A stretch of DNA of 64,000 nt, taken from Octopus bimaculoides. Taxonomy: Eukaryota. The stretch lies in the NCBI RefSeq assembly GCF_001194135.2, contig NC_068982.1, positions 41,664,432-41,728,431 of the forward strand. The letters are read 5' to 3'. Under the pieces are notes generated by a model, which was given only the letters and a program-made list of their open reading frames with translations, did no database searches and was not told the origin of the DNA. Both the position numbers and the translations under genes were made by a program. Below, in pieces: positions 1 to 13,518 of the stretch (the stretch's first letter is position 1; each line of letters opens with the position of its first letter).

Positions 1-320
1 GCAAGCTTTTTAGAAGAGAAGCAAAAATTGGCTTAGATAATGCATTGAGCATGACTGCTTCAGTATAAGTTAGATAGTAAAATTCTAACAAAATGTTAAC
101 TAGAATGCTAATTATATTTTCTAGGATTTAAATTTTAAGTATAAAAGCGATATGGACTGAGAGCTTGTAACAAAACATTTAGTTATTACCCAGCATGTTA
201 TAAGATCAAATTACCATTAATACCAAAAAAAAAAAAAAAAAAGTTGAAATTTTAGCAAATTAAATGAAAAACTACTTTTTAAAGTGATTATTCATGATAT
301 TAAATTTAAATTGTAGTTAC

Positions 321-404
321 CTTAGCAGTGTCTTCAGTAACCGAACGTCTACTGCCATCAACAGTTACTGTTAAACCACCATTACTGTGTTCAGTGGATT
401 GTAT
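321..404 (-). CDS. Coding exon 4 (IQSTEHSNGGLTVTVDGSRRSVTEDTAK); gene continues beyond the left edge
   Basis: ttttgttttaacag| acceptor, 84 nt open in phase 0, donor AAG|gtaact at 320. Confidence 0.8.
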
Positions 405-580
405 CTGTTAAAACAAAAGCAGACCATGGATAAATTATTTTAATGTTAAATAAAGAAAGTGTGATTAGGTGCAGCTTACATGAATGGAACTTGAATGAAA
501 AGAATGTATCTTATTGAAAAATTTATTTAATAGTCAAAGGTTTGGAATCATACATTTAAAAACATCAGTATCTCTCTCTC

Positions 581-652
<72 letters not shown>
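581..652. repeat. (TA)n(TG)n microsatellite
   Basis: Direct reading. Confidence 0.95.
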
Positions 653-655
<3 letters not shown>

Positions 656-2309
656 GGAAACACTTTTATACATATATATAAAGTACTACAAATAGAATAG
701 ATTAATTATGTCACTCTGTTATGCTCCAATCTATGCTTGGACCAGTTTGCCTGACTGAACAAATAGCAAGCCTCACTCCTAGTTCCATTTTCCAAAGCCA
801 ACCATTTCCGTAAGAATCACAGACACGCATGGGCACACTCTCCATAGGGTCCTGTCAGTATATGTTCCATTTGGATCCCCAAGCAAAACCAACGAAGGTT
901 ATGGATATTATCCAACCATATTGCTTGTGGTCTGCTACTAGGTTTCCTGCTGGTTGGTTTGGCCTATAAAGTCTGTCCTGTGTTTGTTTCTGTCAACACT
1001 CTAACCACAAGCTCTAATGTCTCAATGTGAAGTAGTGGCTTGACCAGGAGCAACTTGCTGCACACCTTAGCAAGCAATATTATTCCAATGACTCTTTGGA
1101 GGTACCCCATTTTAGTTGCCTGTATTTCTTCACACCCTTTCAGCCACTACCCAAGATTCATGACCACATGAAACAAAAAAAAACTGATTGCTGAAGATTT
1201 ACAACAACTCCACAACCACAAGATCAAAGATATCTAACCTTTCTGCTCTTCTATTCCTGTTCTCTCTTTATATTCACCTTGTACCTTAAGGATACATCCC
1301 CACCACCTCTCTCCTTTTCCAGCTGGTGAAGCCATGTATGTCCTATTCAGCAAGACACCTGTTCACATCCGTCTCTCATACTGCAACCTTTTGACCTTCA
1401 GTACTACACCCCAAATCAGTTGAGTGGTGGTCCTATTTTGCAAGTTACTTGGTAAACCCATTAGTGCTGGTGCCCCCTCAAAACAAAAACAAAAAAAACC
1501 CCAGTACACTCTGTAAAGTAATTGATGTTAGGAAGGACATATAACTACAGTAACCTTGCCAAAATGAACATTGTTGTTTGGCAAAGTCCTCTGGTTTGTT
1601 GATTCCTGTTGAACTGTCCAACCCATGCCAGCATGGACAAATTAATGTTTAACGATGTTTCAACTTCTTAGAGATAAAGCGCCTCTCTTCCACCAGTCAT
1701 TCCAATTGTCTCACCACTCTCACACCAAACCCCCATGCCAGACACTTTTTTTCTCAATCTTTCCTCCTCAGAAATGCAGCTTCCAGAGATTCCTTCTTGC
1801 TCATGTTTTTTACCAATAGCACTGACTTAATGGAATTCAAAGTGAATATCAACTGCATTAATCTCACCAAGGACAATAGGTAGTCTCTCTTCCTCTCACA
1901 ACAAAATATATACATAAAGAGGTTAGGGCTGAGCAATGCATTGAACTCATAAATTTATCCTTCTCACTTATACAAATTGAAGGCATGCTTGTATAATTAT
2001 ATTTTGATGTTATGGTTCATTGATTGAAAGGTTGGTTTATTAGCAGCTATTCCTTACAGAGCAGCTCTTGGAACAGCAAATCAGTATTACTTAAAAATAT
2101 CTATTTATTATATATAGTATATAACAGGTTCAAGATTTTACTTGACGGATTTATTTCAATGAATGCATTAGAAGAAATGTTAAAACACTTTCTGATGAAT
2201 TTGTGTAAAATAAAATGATATATTTTAGGGATTTAAGTTCTTTAAGAACAGTTCACATCAAATGGGAAGTTACAATATTTAAAGCAATCCTTATCAAGTT
2301 CATTTTTAC

Positions 2310-2527
2310 TTAACCCTCTAGAATTTAAACTGGTCATAACCAGCCCAAATATTCTACCTGTTTCACGTTCAAATTGGCTAGATTTGGCCTCTCATACCTA
2401 GCCTATGTCATTCCAAAAAGAAACAATCACTTCAGTAAAATCTTGAAGCTACAAGATAATACATGACTAATTCCAAACAATGTGAATAAATAAGCATTAC
2501 ATTTGATGAAATAATCTGAAGAGTTAG
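2310..2527. mobile_element. piggyBac-like MITE (TTAA-CCC ends), degraded; same family as 32259-32480
   Basis: Starts ttaaccct; internal sequence is homologous to the reverse complement of 32259-32480 (shared aaatattcta, aaacaatgtgaat, aagcattacatttga). Confidence 0.6.
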
Positions 2528-2912
2528 ATATTTTTCCAATAATTCATATATATGTATTTAACTAAATCTATTAGATGAGAATAATTTAAGAATTTTATTC
2601 ATATGAGTACATAAACAAAACTTTAGTAAATTATTTTAGACCACAGTTACCAAAATTATCAATGGAAAAGTTTAGTTATTGTCTAAGGATTAACCACTTC
2701 ACGTATTTGCTTTAAATAACAATAAGTATTCATAAATATCAAACTTTTATGCAATATACTTTGATATTGAACAGAGATATTTTCAACACAGCAAGATGAT
2801 TTGATAAACTTAATTATGCATCATCTCTAATAAAGTCAAATGTTTTGTAAGAGTTTAGACACCCACCAGTTAAGAACCCTCTCCCCTATAAATAAGACAA
2901 AGAAAAACATAC

Positions 2913-2986
2913 CTCATCATCAGTTGGCTCGGCAGGATCATACATCTCATCCTCTTCTTCATCATCATCTTCCATCTTTTTCTTAG
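2913..2986 (-). CDS. Coding exon 3 (acidic, AKKKMEDDDEEEDEMYDPAEPTDDE)
   Basis: tttgcag|CT AAG acceptor in phase 1 joins exon 2 in frame; donor GAG|gtatgt at 2912; 74 nt ending in phase 0. Confidence 0.85.
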
Positions 2987-4216
2987 CTGCAAATGTCAAT
3001 GGTTGTATTGTCAAAGCAATATCAAGCCTTTTGACCTATACAAACCTTGGAGAAAACACAGTATATACTTCTTTATATATATAAGAAGCATAAAAATTAG
3101 AAAGAAGAGGGTTATGTTTTATCTGTAAAGAAATTTTAGAACTTAATAGGAAATACTTGTGTGTGTGATTGCATTGTGTGTGAGTGAGTGTATTGTGTGT
3201 ACATGAGTGTATATAAAATTGCAAGTTGCCACGTTATGAGAAATGGACAAAGGGGTGATGAGAAATGATAACATTATCAAGCATGTGTACTAGAACGGAC
3301 ACTAAAATACTATGGAAAAGGTGAAAAAGGAAACTTTTTTTACTGTATTTTTTCTATATATATATATATATATAAGAAATGTTTTAAATGGTGAAAACTT
3401 GATGTTACCATGAAGCCAAGTTACAAAACGGAAGTAAAAAGAAAGACAATGAGTTGTGTTGATGTCTGTCATTAGGTGTTTACTACCAGACCTTAATAAA
3501 GAATGGATCTTAGTAAAAGAAAAAAAACCCAGGTGACAACAGTTTGGCTATAAAACGAAAAAATTAAATCCAAAGCATTAAAAAAAAGAAAACATGTAGT
3601 GAAGATTTTAATCTAGAAAACTATTAAAAGTGAAAAAAAAAATTGGGTAGAGATTTATGAAAAAAATTTCTTTAAATGAGTTAAGTAAAATGTAAGGAGG
3701 CAGATGTTGGTAAAGACATGGAGGGAAGGAAGCATAAATAATACACCATCACCATGGCTTTTCATCTCTTTCCAGAATTCAGTTTGTGATGACCTTAAAA
3801 TTACATTATTTTGACAAGAAAAAGTTGTCCCACCTTCCATCCAATTAGTAGTAGAAAGACAATGATTATCTGGGTAGTATAAAATGCTCTTGTAAGAAAA
3901 ATGAAGGAAATAAATACAGAAATTGAATCATTTTGCTTCCTGAGTGTCATTTGAAGCAATAGGAAATTGGGTGGGATGCTCTGTAAACAGACCAAAATAA
4001 ACTTGCCAAAGAGATATGCAGAAGAGAAAAAGAGAGAGAGAAAACAGAGTGAGAGAGTGAGAAAGAAAGAGAGAATTATAGTAATAGGGTGGGAGAAAAA
4101 GAGGTAGAGAAGCAGCGGAGACAACATGCTAGTGACATTTCATCTGTAGCTGACCGCTCATTGGAAAATGACCAACAATGCAGGCGCCAGCAGGAAAAAC
4201 CATTTATTTACTTTAC

Positions 4217-4364
4217 CTGAAGTATCACGCTGTCTTCTATTGGAAGATTGGTCTTTACGACCTTGAGAGTAGAGTTGATCCCGTTTTTTAGTAGAAGGGG
4301 TACTTCCCTGTGGCCTTCTCCTGTCATTTGGGCGGATGATCCTGTCTTTGCCTCTGGAGGAGCG
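4217..4364 (-). CDS. Coding exon 2 of the minus-strand gene (Arg/Lys-rich, RSSRGKDRIIRPNDRRR...RQRDTS)
   Basis: tttcag| acceptor (phase 0, matches the previous donor), donor TCAG|gtaaag at 4216, 148 nt ending in phase 1, open frame. Confidence 0.85.
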
Positions 4365-7300
4365 CTGAAACCATGACAAGGGGCCAACGTCTTAAGAAAA
4401 GGTTGAATAAAGCGGCCATAGATAAGCCATTAGACAAAAAGATAGAAAGGGAACATGGTGGATAGGTTAAAACACATTGCACTAAAACAATGAATAGAGG
4501 ATGGAGTTTTTATTTGAAGATGAAATGCTATCAAATCAGAGAAACTCTAGCAGAGAGATATAGCATTTTAAAAATGCAGTCATGAGTTGAAAACAAAAGG
4601 AGAGCTGTTTTAAACTTCTCTCTCTCTCTCTCTCTTTTTTCTTCAATATATTCCATACCAGAAACAATGGAAACAATGAATGCATTTTTTAAATTTGGAA
4701 AAAAACAATCTGAATGTGGGTAAAATCAATGTTACATTGCTTGGTAACATCTTTGACTTAAGAAACAGCCAGAGTTGAATCACTGAGAATGAAATTATTG
4801 GAGATATGAGCAGAAGAAGGAAGGATATTGGGAAATAATTTTTTTTATTCTTTCATTTTTTTTGGATATTCAATATTTTCAGACCAACTGAAAATATGAA
4901 AGCAACTTGATAGGAATTAAATCTGAAGCATGCATATGTACACACGTTCAAACACATACATACAAGTCTTACATATTTCTAATATTCAGACATACACATT
5001 TATAAACACAATCATTAGGAGAAAAGGCAATCTATGAAAGTAGGAGGAAACCTATAATTTTGGAAAGACTGATAAAAATGAAAGCAAGGAGGAGAGTTGC
5101 GTTTGTGGCTCTCTCTGTTTCTATTTGAAATGAAAATTGTGTCATAAAAATGTAATGACACAAGATTGTCATAAAAAATGAAAATAAAGTAAATGAAAGC
5201 TGGGCAATTTTCCTTTCATTAAAAATGTGAGCGAGTTGAAATAATGTACTGAAAATACACTGTTTTAAACTGTTTGAAAAGATTCTTATATTTTTTTAAA
5301 TATCTATTTTGTTGATTGATAATAATCTTTAGAAAATTACTATTTGTAAACAGACATTAGAAAAACTTACCTTAAATAACATTTTATTAAACTTTATATG
5401 TAAAAAAAAAATTAGAATATTAAAAAACAGAAAAAATGAAATTGACTAAGTATTGTGTGCAAGTGTGTGTGTGCGTAAGAGGTTTGTATGCAAGAACTAA
5501 CATATATACAATATAGAGTTTGATACACATATTTTAGAACTTGTTTAACATTAACTTTCCACAATGAATAGTTAATAATAGGTTTATTTATTCAACATGT
5601 TTTTAGATAATCTCTGGCAAAACTGGTAAGGCACAAATAGAACTATTTATCTGGAAGGGTCCTAATATTTCACAGCCAATGTAGAATAGATTTTGAAATG
5701 AAATTACTTTTAAATGTAACTTTCTTCTTAAAGAATTGGGTAATTTCTGCATTCAAACTTTGTATTTGAAATGCTATTTCAATAAGTATTTTTGAAAAAT
5801 ATAAAATATTTTTTTTAAAGTGAAGTATAAAAATGTTTTAAGGAAGAAGAAAATATTTTCTTTATTTGTATGTCTCCAGAAATCTTATCCTAATGATAAA
5901 TTCCATTTAATACTATATAAAGCCTTAAATTATTATATACAGAATTCTAAATAACTAGTTGTCTATTAACATAGTAGGAAAGAAACAAGTATTTGAGTGT
6001 ATATTTAAATATTTGTATTGGCATTAAATAATTAAGAGCTTTTTTTTTAAGCCCAAATTTTGGCTACTTCCTCTAACAATCAACTTATGTCAGCTAGCTC
6101 TCTTACTATGACATTCCAAATATGCTCTATATTTAATTCTACTGCAGTAAGCTAGAAATATCAATTATCACAAAAAAAAAATCATCATTTCAATTTTATT
6201 CAACACATCCAAAATTTATAGCCCCAAGTAGGTCAGAGGTGCAAAGCAACAGTCAGATAATTCGGTAGCACCTATCTCTTTTAAAGATTTAGTTGGTTGT
6301 TAGCTTTTCTGAGAGCTTCTCTTGCCCTTTGATGAGATTTATTTTAAATCCTGCTGGGATGCTCACACAACTTCCTCATCCAGTAAACTGAGTGTAGAAG
6401 TGCAGTCACGTTAGCAACCACTCAACCAGGAGACAAATTGTACTGGGTAACATGATACCAACGAACAGAAGCTGTTCTAAATTCCAGTATGTTCTTCACT
6501 CATTCAAATTAGATCTATTTCTTGGGGCACGCAAATGACCATTTTTTTTCCAAAATGTTCTCAAAAATTTTAAATATAAAAATTACCTCAAAAAGATAAA
6601 CTAAATATTAAAATAAATTTATAGGAATATTAGAATCTTTTGTTTTTTACATGAAGTATACTCTATATATATCATGAAGTATACTCAATATATGTCATTT
6701 ATTTGAAATAGAAGAAAAAACTACTGAATATTTCATGCCATTTCAACTATCAAAAAATTTATAATATACAGATGAGAGAAAAACAGTTATTATCAATTTA
6801 ATTGTATAGATTTATGTAAAAGTTCAAAATAATTTTCAGGTTTGTTTAATAGTTTTAATAGCCCCACATTTCTACAAATGAAAAATAAATAAGGGCAAAC
6901 CATTCCTTCAAACATCTAAAAATAATTCAAATTACAAATAAAAATATATAAATTTAAACAAAGCACAAAAACATTAGAAAATTTTATATGGATAATCCTT
7001 TGGCTGTATAATTTTTGCAACATTTTCTATGTATTTCATATTTCAGTCAGACAAATGTACTGATTTAAAGATGAACTAAAGGGAAAAAAAGTGTTATTCT
7101 TGCTCAATACAATTCACAGGAATTTCATGGAAGAAAAATAATCTTTTTTTTATTGTTCCCTAACTCTCAGGAAATCTGTAAAAAACATGTTTTCAATAGG
7201 ATACAGGCAATAAAATATGCCCTTTATGAAATTAAAACAATAAGCAAAGAATTATAGCAATAACATTTTATATCAGTAACATATAGCTCAATAATATAAA

Positions 7301-8941
7301 TTGTTTTCTTTTCTTTAAAAAGCTCAGTTTTGGTTAATGTTATCAACTAACTTGTTATTTAAATTTTTTTTTTTAATTTCAAAATGACAATTGAATAGAG
7401 TTCTTGGTTGTGTGCATATGCACAATTTTAAAAAAGTGTATTGCTATATGAACACTGTTTGTATGGCAATGCACATATAATCAAATGGAAGACTGAAATA
7501 ATTTATATTTTTAGTCAAATGTTTAAAATGAAAAAATGATTATATAATTAAGCAAAGTATTTATTTAGTAACTACCTATTATTTAAGTTCTTAATATGTT
7601 TGCTTATGTAACTTTTATGAAACTAAATTGTTTAATATTGTAAAATCAGAAAAAGTAGTCAGTATGATGTCGAAATTTAACATTTCAATAAGAAAATCAT
7701 TTACACAGTAATTACTATTTTTCATTGCTATTGTGTTAAAAAAAATGACTTTCCAACTTTATAGTGGTCTGAGAAATAAACAGATATGGCAGTCTATTTA
7801 AATTAACTGTAATACACGATTGGTGCTTATTTCATCTAACAAGAAAGTCAGGCTTGCTTGCTTATCACTCCTTACCATCTTGGAAAGAAAAAGGGGAACA
7901 TAAGATATTAAAATGTCTGGGAGAAAGATTTTTAAAAAAATGGAATGTTTGTGACAAGAACACACCTTTGATCCTCATCATCATTACATCCAGTGTGCCA
8001 TTAACATTTTGTATTTACAAGAATTTGGGCTAAATAGTCTATGAAGCACCACTCTGCTGCAGATGCAATATGTTTTCAACAGAGGGAGACTGGAACAAAA
8101 TGCTTTGCACAAAAGCCAAATGATCATAAAGCCAACAGCCTATCTACTAGGTCAGGCAACCTTGATACACTCAATCATGGCTGACTTGGGGTTAAACAAC
8201 TGGTGTTTTTTCCACTCAGGAGAAATAAAACCTGTTTAAATTGCTCTACTCATTTCATCAATTTAAGAATAATTCCTTATTTCTTTGTTTTCATTAGGTC
8301 CTGCAACTGTTGTGACAATCTTAAATCTTAACATTTCCTTTCAATTCAAAGGTTTGCAGACATTATTTGACAAAAAAGCACCAAAAATTTCTTCACAAAT
8401 AGTAATAAACAATTACAAATCATTCAAATAGTTCTCATAACAAGAGTTCCTAAGATTACTACAACGCGGTTGGTTTAATCTCTAGAAAAAAAACCAGCTC
8501 TCTTCTTACCCAATAAACTATTTTCAAAGCAATTATTTGTTTCATACGTAATTAATTGCGAATAATTATTCCGTAAAAAGTGGACTTTAAAAAGTTATTA
8601 TATATGAAAATATTTCTTACAATAGTCTAAATTCTCATACTCTTCCAAAACCACCAATTATTTTTTCTCATGTGAAAAATTCAATAAGCAAACTATTCAT
8701 AAATGTTTGAGAACAGCTATGAAGTTATGTGTTCATCTTGTAAGCAAATAAATTATTTTAGTAATAGTATCAGAAAGCCATCAGCTACAAAGCAATTATT
8801 TTAGACTTCAAACAACATTTAAAAAAAAAAAATACAACTTTAACTTGACGTTATCATATCAGACTGACAAAATTATGGGGCAAAATAATGTATTTATGAT
8901 GCAGCTAAACTATAACAGAAAATATAAAAATGAAAACTCAC

Positions 8942-9657
8942 ATCAGAATCCTTCTTCATTCTTTTAATGATGTTTGACATACCATCAGATCCAGAACGTC
9001 GTTTAATTCCACTTGTTTTGATATCCAGCAATGAAGGTAACGGCCCAGAAGAACCCAACATACCCAGCCCCATTCCACCATCAGGAAGATTTCTACTTCT
9101 ACCACCTGAACCAATCATCGAACCTTTCAGTAATGTATTAACCAAAGCTAACTGAGTTTCTCGCATAGCTTGTTGTTGCACCCCCATGTTTTGTTGTTGC
9201 ATCATCATCTGACCACCACCAGATCCCATCATATTTCCCATACCCATGTTAGAATTTGGAGACATCATCCCACCCCCGTAATTCCCCATGCCCATGTTGT
9301 TATTCATGTTGGGTGACATATTCATACCTCCACCCATGCCACCACCCATATTACCCATACCACCCATCCCCNNNNNNNNNNAGAATTTGGAGACATCATC
9401 CCACCCCCGTAATTCCCCATGCCCATGTTGTTATTCATGTTGGGTGACATATTCATACCTCCACCCATGCCACCACCCATATTGTTCATTCCAGAACACA
9501 TATTATTCATACCAGGCATAGGGGGAGCACTTCCAAGTATTCCATATCCCCCTTGACCCCCACTAAGTCTTCGGTTAGAGTGGGATCCAAGAGATGACCT
9601 CCCACTTCTGTTTCTTCCACTAGAAGTACGATTACTAGAACTATTGCGATAACTCAT
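8942..9657 (-). CDS. First coding exon of a Gly/Met/Asn-rich low-complexity nuclear protein (Pep / zinc finger protein on ecdysone puffs-like, matrin-type ZnF family suspected)
   Basis: Acceptor ttttcag|GTTTTTAATTGAAAATG at 9671, ATG at 9657, donor GAT|gtgagt at 8941 (phase 0). Translation MSYRNSSSNRTSSGRNRSG...GMGGGMNMSPNM...QLALVNTLL...LPSLLDI...KKDSD. The LAL..LL...PSLLD pattern resembles, from memory, arthropod Pep-like N-termini. A 10-N gap (9372-9381) breaks the frame, so the track shows two ORFs. No zinc finger lies within the window, so the family call is tentative. Confidence 0.85.
9251..9483. repeat. Exact 102-bp direct repeat (9251-9352, 9382-9483) inside the coding exon
   Basis: Read directly; the copies flank the 10-N gap. 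Confidence 0.9.
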
Positions 9658-11053
9658 TTTCAATTAAAAACCTGAAAAATAAAAAAAAAAACATATTTAA
9701 ACATTTCAAAAATTATGATGAAAAATGTTCTTTTTATTGGAAACTATTTAGGCAAAAGAGAGACAACTGCTTTTCTTTTAACACATTACAAAAAAAAAAA
9801 CAAAAACAATTTTATACCTTATTTTTTTCTCGTTTCAGTCAGTTGACTGCAACCATGCACTGGGACACCCCCTTGAAGGGTTAGTTGAACAAATTGATCC
9901 CGATACTTATTCTATCAGTTATTTTTTGCTAAACAGCTAGATTATGGGAATGTAAACAAACCAACACTAGTTGCCAACTGATAAAGGAGGATAAACACAA
10001 ACGCACATATATGATGGGCTTCTTTCAGTTTCTGCTTACCAAATCAACTTACAAGGCTTTGGTTGATCTAGGGTTATAGCATGCCTGAGGTGCCACTCAG
10101 TGGGACTGAACCAGGAACCATGTGTAGTAGGAAAGCAAGCTTCTTACCACACAGCCATAAGAAATTAAAAAAAAAAGTTACATTCATGATTATTTTCATA
10201 TGTATCTGCAGCATTTATTTTAACAGTAAATGCTTATTTAATAATAACTACAGAACATTACTAATTTTAAGGAAAAGGACCTTCCCGTCCACATCAGTTG
10301 TATTTAATTACATAAACAGGTCACAATATTTAATCAATGCAAGGCAACGAACTGGCAGAATTGCTAGCACGCCAGGCAAAATGCTTAGTAGCATTTCATC
10401 TGTCTTTACATTCTGAATTCAAACTTTGCCTTCCATCCTTATAATTACCAGTTGAACACTGGGGATTGATGTAATTGAAATTGCTAGACTTATGCCAAAA
10501 TTTGAAACCTATATTTAACCAATGCATATTCAATATTGGATTCTTAAATAAATTTGAACGTATCTATTTCAAGATTTTTATTTTAACATTCTTCCTTAGT
10601 ACTTTTTTTCTTCTTGAATTCCCCAAAACTAAGTTTACCATCAAGATTTAACGTACATGTATATTTATCTTAATCAATATCCTGTAAATATATATATATA
10701 ATATATATATATATATAGCGGATATTTTTACAGATTATTATGATAGGCAGCTTGATAATTCAACCATCAGCTTGGCCAATAACTGATTGAATCCAAGAAT
10801 GTTTCATCACCAATTCCATGTCCACTTTTCTATGCTTGCTTGTGTTTGACAGGGTTTTGTTGAGGCAGATTTTCTACCTTGTGGTAGTCAACCCTCACTT
10901 ATTTCTAAGCAAGGTAACATATTTCCCCATTGCTTGACATGTTTTTGCAGAACAATAGATATGATGCTGCTTGTATGACAGTGACACTCATTTACAGCTA
11001 TCATATAATATCAAGGCAAGGAGACAAACATGCATGCACATTGTGTTTTTATG

Positions 11054-12110
11054 TTCAGTCAGTCAGTCATCTAGTGTTTTAAATCTGAGTTTTGTCCCCG
11101 TTAATGGGGGGTGGCCAGATCTACCTCAATGCCATAGCAACTGTCCTCACACCATCTTGCTCGGTTTTGGGCGTCCTCCTTTTTCAAACCAACCCTCCCA
11201 ATCTCCTCCTCCACCTTCTTGGTCTACTTCACTCTCGTGCTCCATTTACCTCAAATGCAGTCCTCAGAACACGCACTTCCTCCCTCAACACATGCCCATA
11301 CCACCTCGCTCTAATCACCCTTGCCAACCATTCCACAGATTCCTCCAACCCCAGCATCCCCATCAAATCATCAGTCCTCCTCTTATCAAACAGCTTCAAC
11401 CAACACATTTCCCTCACCATTGCTCTCTCAGTCCTTCTCCAAATTACCATATCTCTCTCCCTCAGACACCATGTCTCACTCCCATACAGCATTGCAGCCC
11501 ACAACTCTTATAGACCCTTCCTTTCATCTTTAATGAGAACCTTTTCCCATATAACAACGCCCCACATTCACTGAACTTCACCCAGCCAAGTCTCGCTCTC
11601 ACAGCTGCTTCACCCTATCTCCCAAATAACAAAACCCTCTCACCATTTCCACGGGTTCCACCAGCCCTCCAGCTCCTTTCTCACATCTTCCACAAACTCT
11701 CTCAATAGTCTTGGGATTACATTCATTATTTTCGTACATCTACCATGAGTCTATTTCTCACATCTTGTACACAACACTGCATCTGTCATTATCCTCCTCC
11801 CACATACACCACATGGATCCACCTTACTCACTAACACTTCTCCTTCCACCCTGCTTACCATCACCTTTGTTTTCCTGAGGTTTACCTTCAAACGCATCCT
11901 TCCATTTCCAAAACTTCTCCCTCAATCCCTCCATCGTCTCACACATCAGAACAAGGTCATCCACATACAGCATCTCCATTATCAATCCTTCTCTTGCACC
12001 CTCTGTCACCACATCAACCACTATTGCAAACAACAACAGTGATAACACACATCCCTGATGCACACCATCTTTCATCACAGACTTCTCCGAAATCTGATGG
12101 GTTACTCTAT
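11054..12110 (-). mobile_element. Decayed RTE-clade LINE 3' fragment
   Basis: GVHQGCVLSLLLFAIVVD, EMLYVDDLVL, MLYGSETW, RWYGHVLR motifs in track ORFs 11824-12126 and 11229-11504; (TGAC)n-like tail at ~11054-11071. Confidence 0.85.
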
Positions 12111-13518
12111 ACTTTTTTGAATACAAATTTATTCATCTAAAACAAGAATGTTGTTAAAGCAACTTTGAAGTTTCAGCCAGTTAAGCTGTCATCCAATGAT
12201 GGCTTAGCTGCTCAAAACTTTGAAATCTCTGACAACAACATTCTTGTTTAAAAAGAATATATGACAGGCTTCTTTCAGTTTTTATCTACCAAATTCACTC
12301 ACAAGGCTCTGGCAAGCCCTGTGTTATAGTAAAAGACACTTTCCCAAGTGTGCCATGCAGTAGGACTGAACTCAGAACCATGTAGTTGGGAATGTTCATT
12401 TCACAATATTTAATCCACTTTTCCTATAGTTACATTGATTTTGTCTTTAATTTAATTACACACATTTAAGTTAGCACTCAATGCAATTGGTTTTATTATA
12501 AATCTAGGTCGACATTAAGCATCTAAACTTTTAAACTAATCAACAAACAGTAATAACTAAATTCTAACGAAGCAAAACAGTGATTCCGTCCCCCCCCACC
12601 TACTTGAAAAAGTTGACTGAATTTCATGAGACCTCTTATGATTGAAGTGGTAAAATGGTAAAGGCAATTATTTTGCCAGTTCAATCCATACCAATGTGAA
12701 AAAATAGACATGATGATGGTAATGATTAGTGTAAAGAGTTTTTTGTGCATCTAACCTATTTGTCATCCATCTAACAAATGATTTAAAGCCATTTTCAAAT
12801 TTGAAGGCTATTTGTTGGAAAGCACAAGGCTCAGTGGAGAGCCAGGAGAGAAGAGTTAAGTTCATTATTTTCTATAGAGTCTAGCAGTGTTAAGTCACAG
12901 TTGTATTTTTTAATATTGTGCACTTTTATCAAATGATGGAATACATGTACTTGAAAATCACTCTTCATGAACAACTCTCGTTATGTACCTAGCTATGCAT
13001 TTCTTCTGCAATTAACTAACCTTTCTCACCAATATCATTCCAGCTTACCCTCTTCTTCAGGAGCCAAAATAAGTTATGGTAAAACAAGAAAATGTCTTGT
13101 CTAAAGTTACAACACAGTTGTTGCAAGCATCTGACCTGCACTTGACTGGATATTCCGTAAATAATTGTTGTCATATCATATCTTTAAATATCTAAGATGT
13201 GATTTAATACTTGTTTGACTAATCCTCAAACAGGTTTGTTCTTTCTCTCTCTTTTAAATCTATAGTTTTTGTAATTACTATGAAGGAGACAGTATGACAA
13301 TAGAGTATGAAACTAAATGTTGTCCCCTATTTATTCACATTTTATAATTGGTGAATCACAGGCTCCCAATGGGCCAACTTCTGTTTTATGATACATCAGA
13401 TGACAAAAGCGACAACAGAGTGGTTAGGACTCAATGCAGAAAAAAGACTTCAAAGGACTTTCAATCAAAAAGTAGCAGTTTTCAATCTTTTACTGTTGTA
13501 TATTAGCAAAGAATATAT

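Noticed and set aside
2987-3035. Alternative upstream acceptor (tatag| at 3036) extending exon 3 in frame
   Set aside because: It is phase 0, whereas exon 2 ends in phase 1; joining gives an immediate stop. The 2986 acceptor fits.
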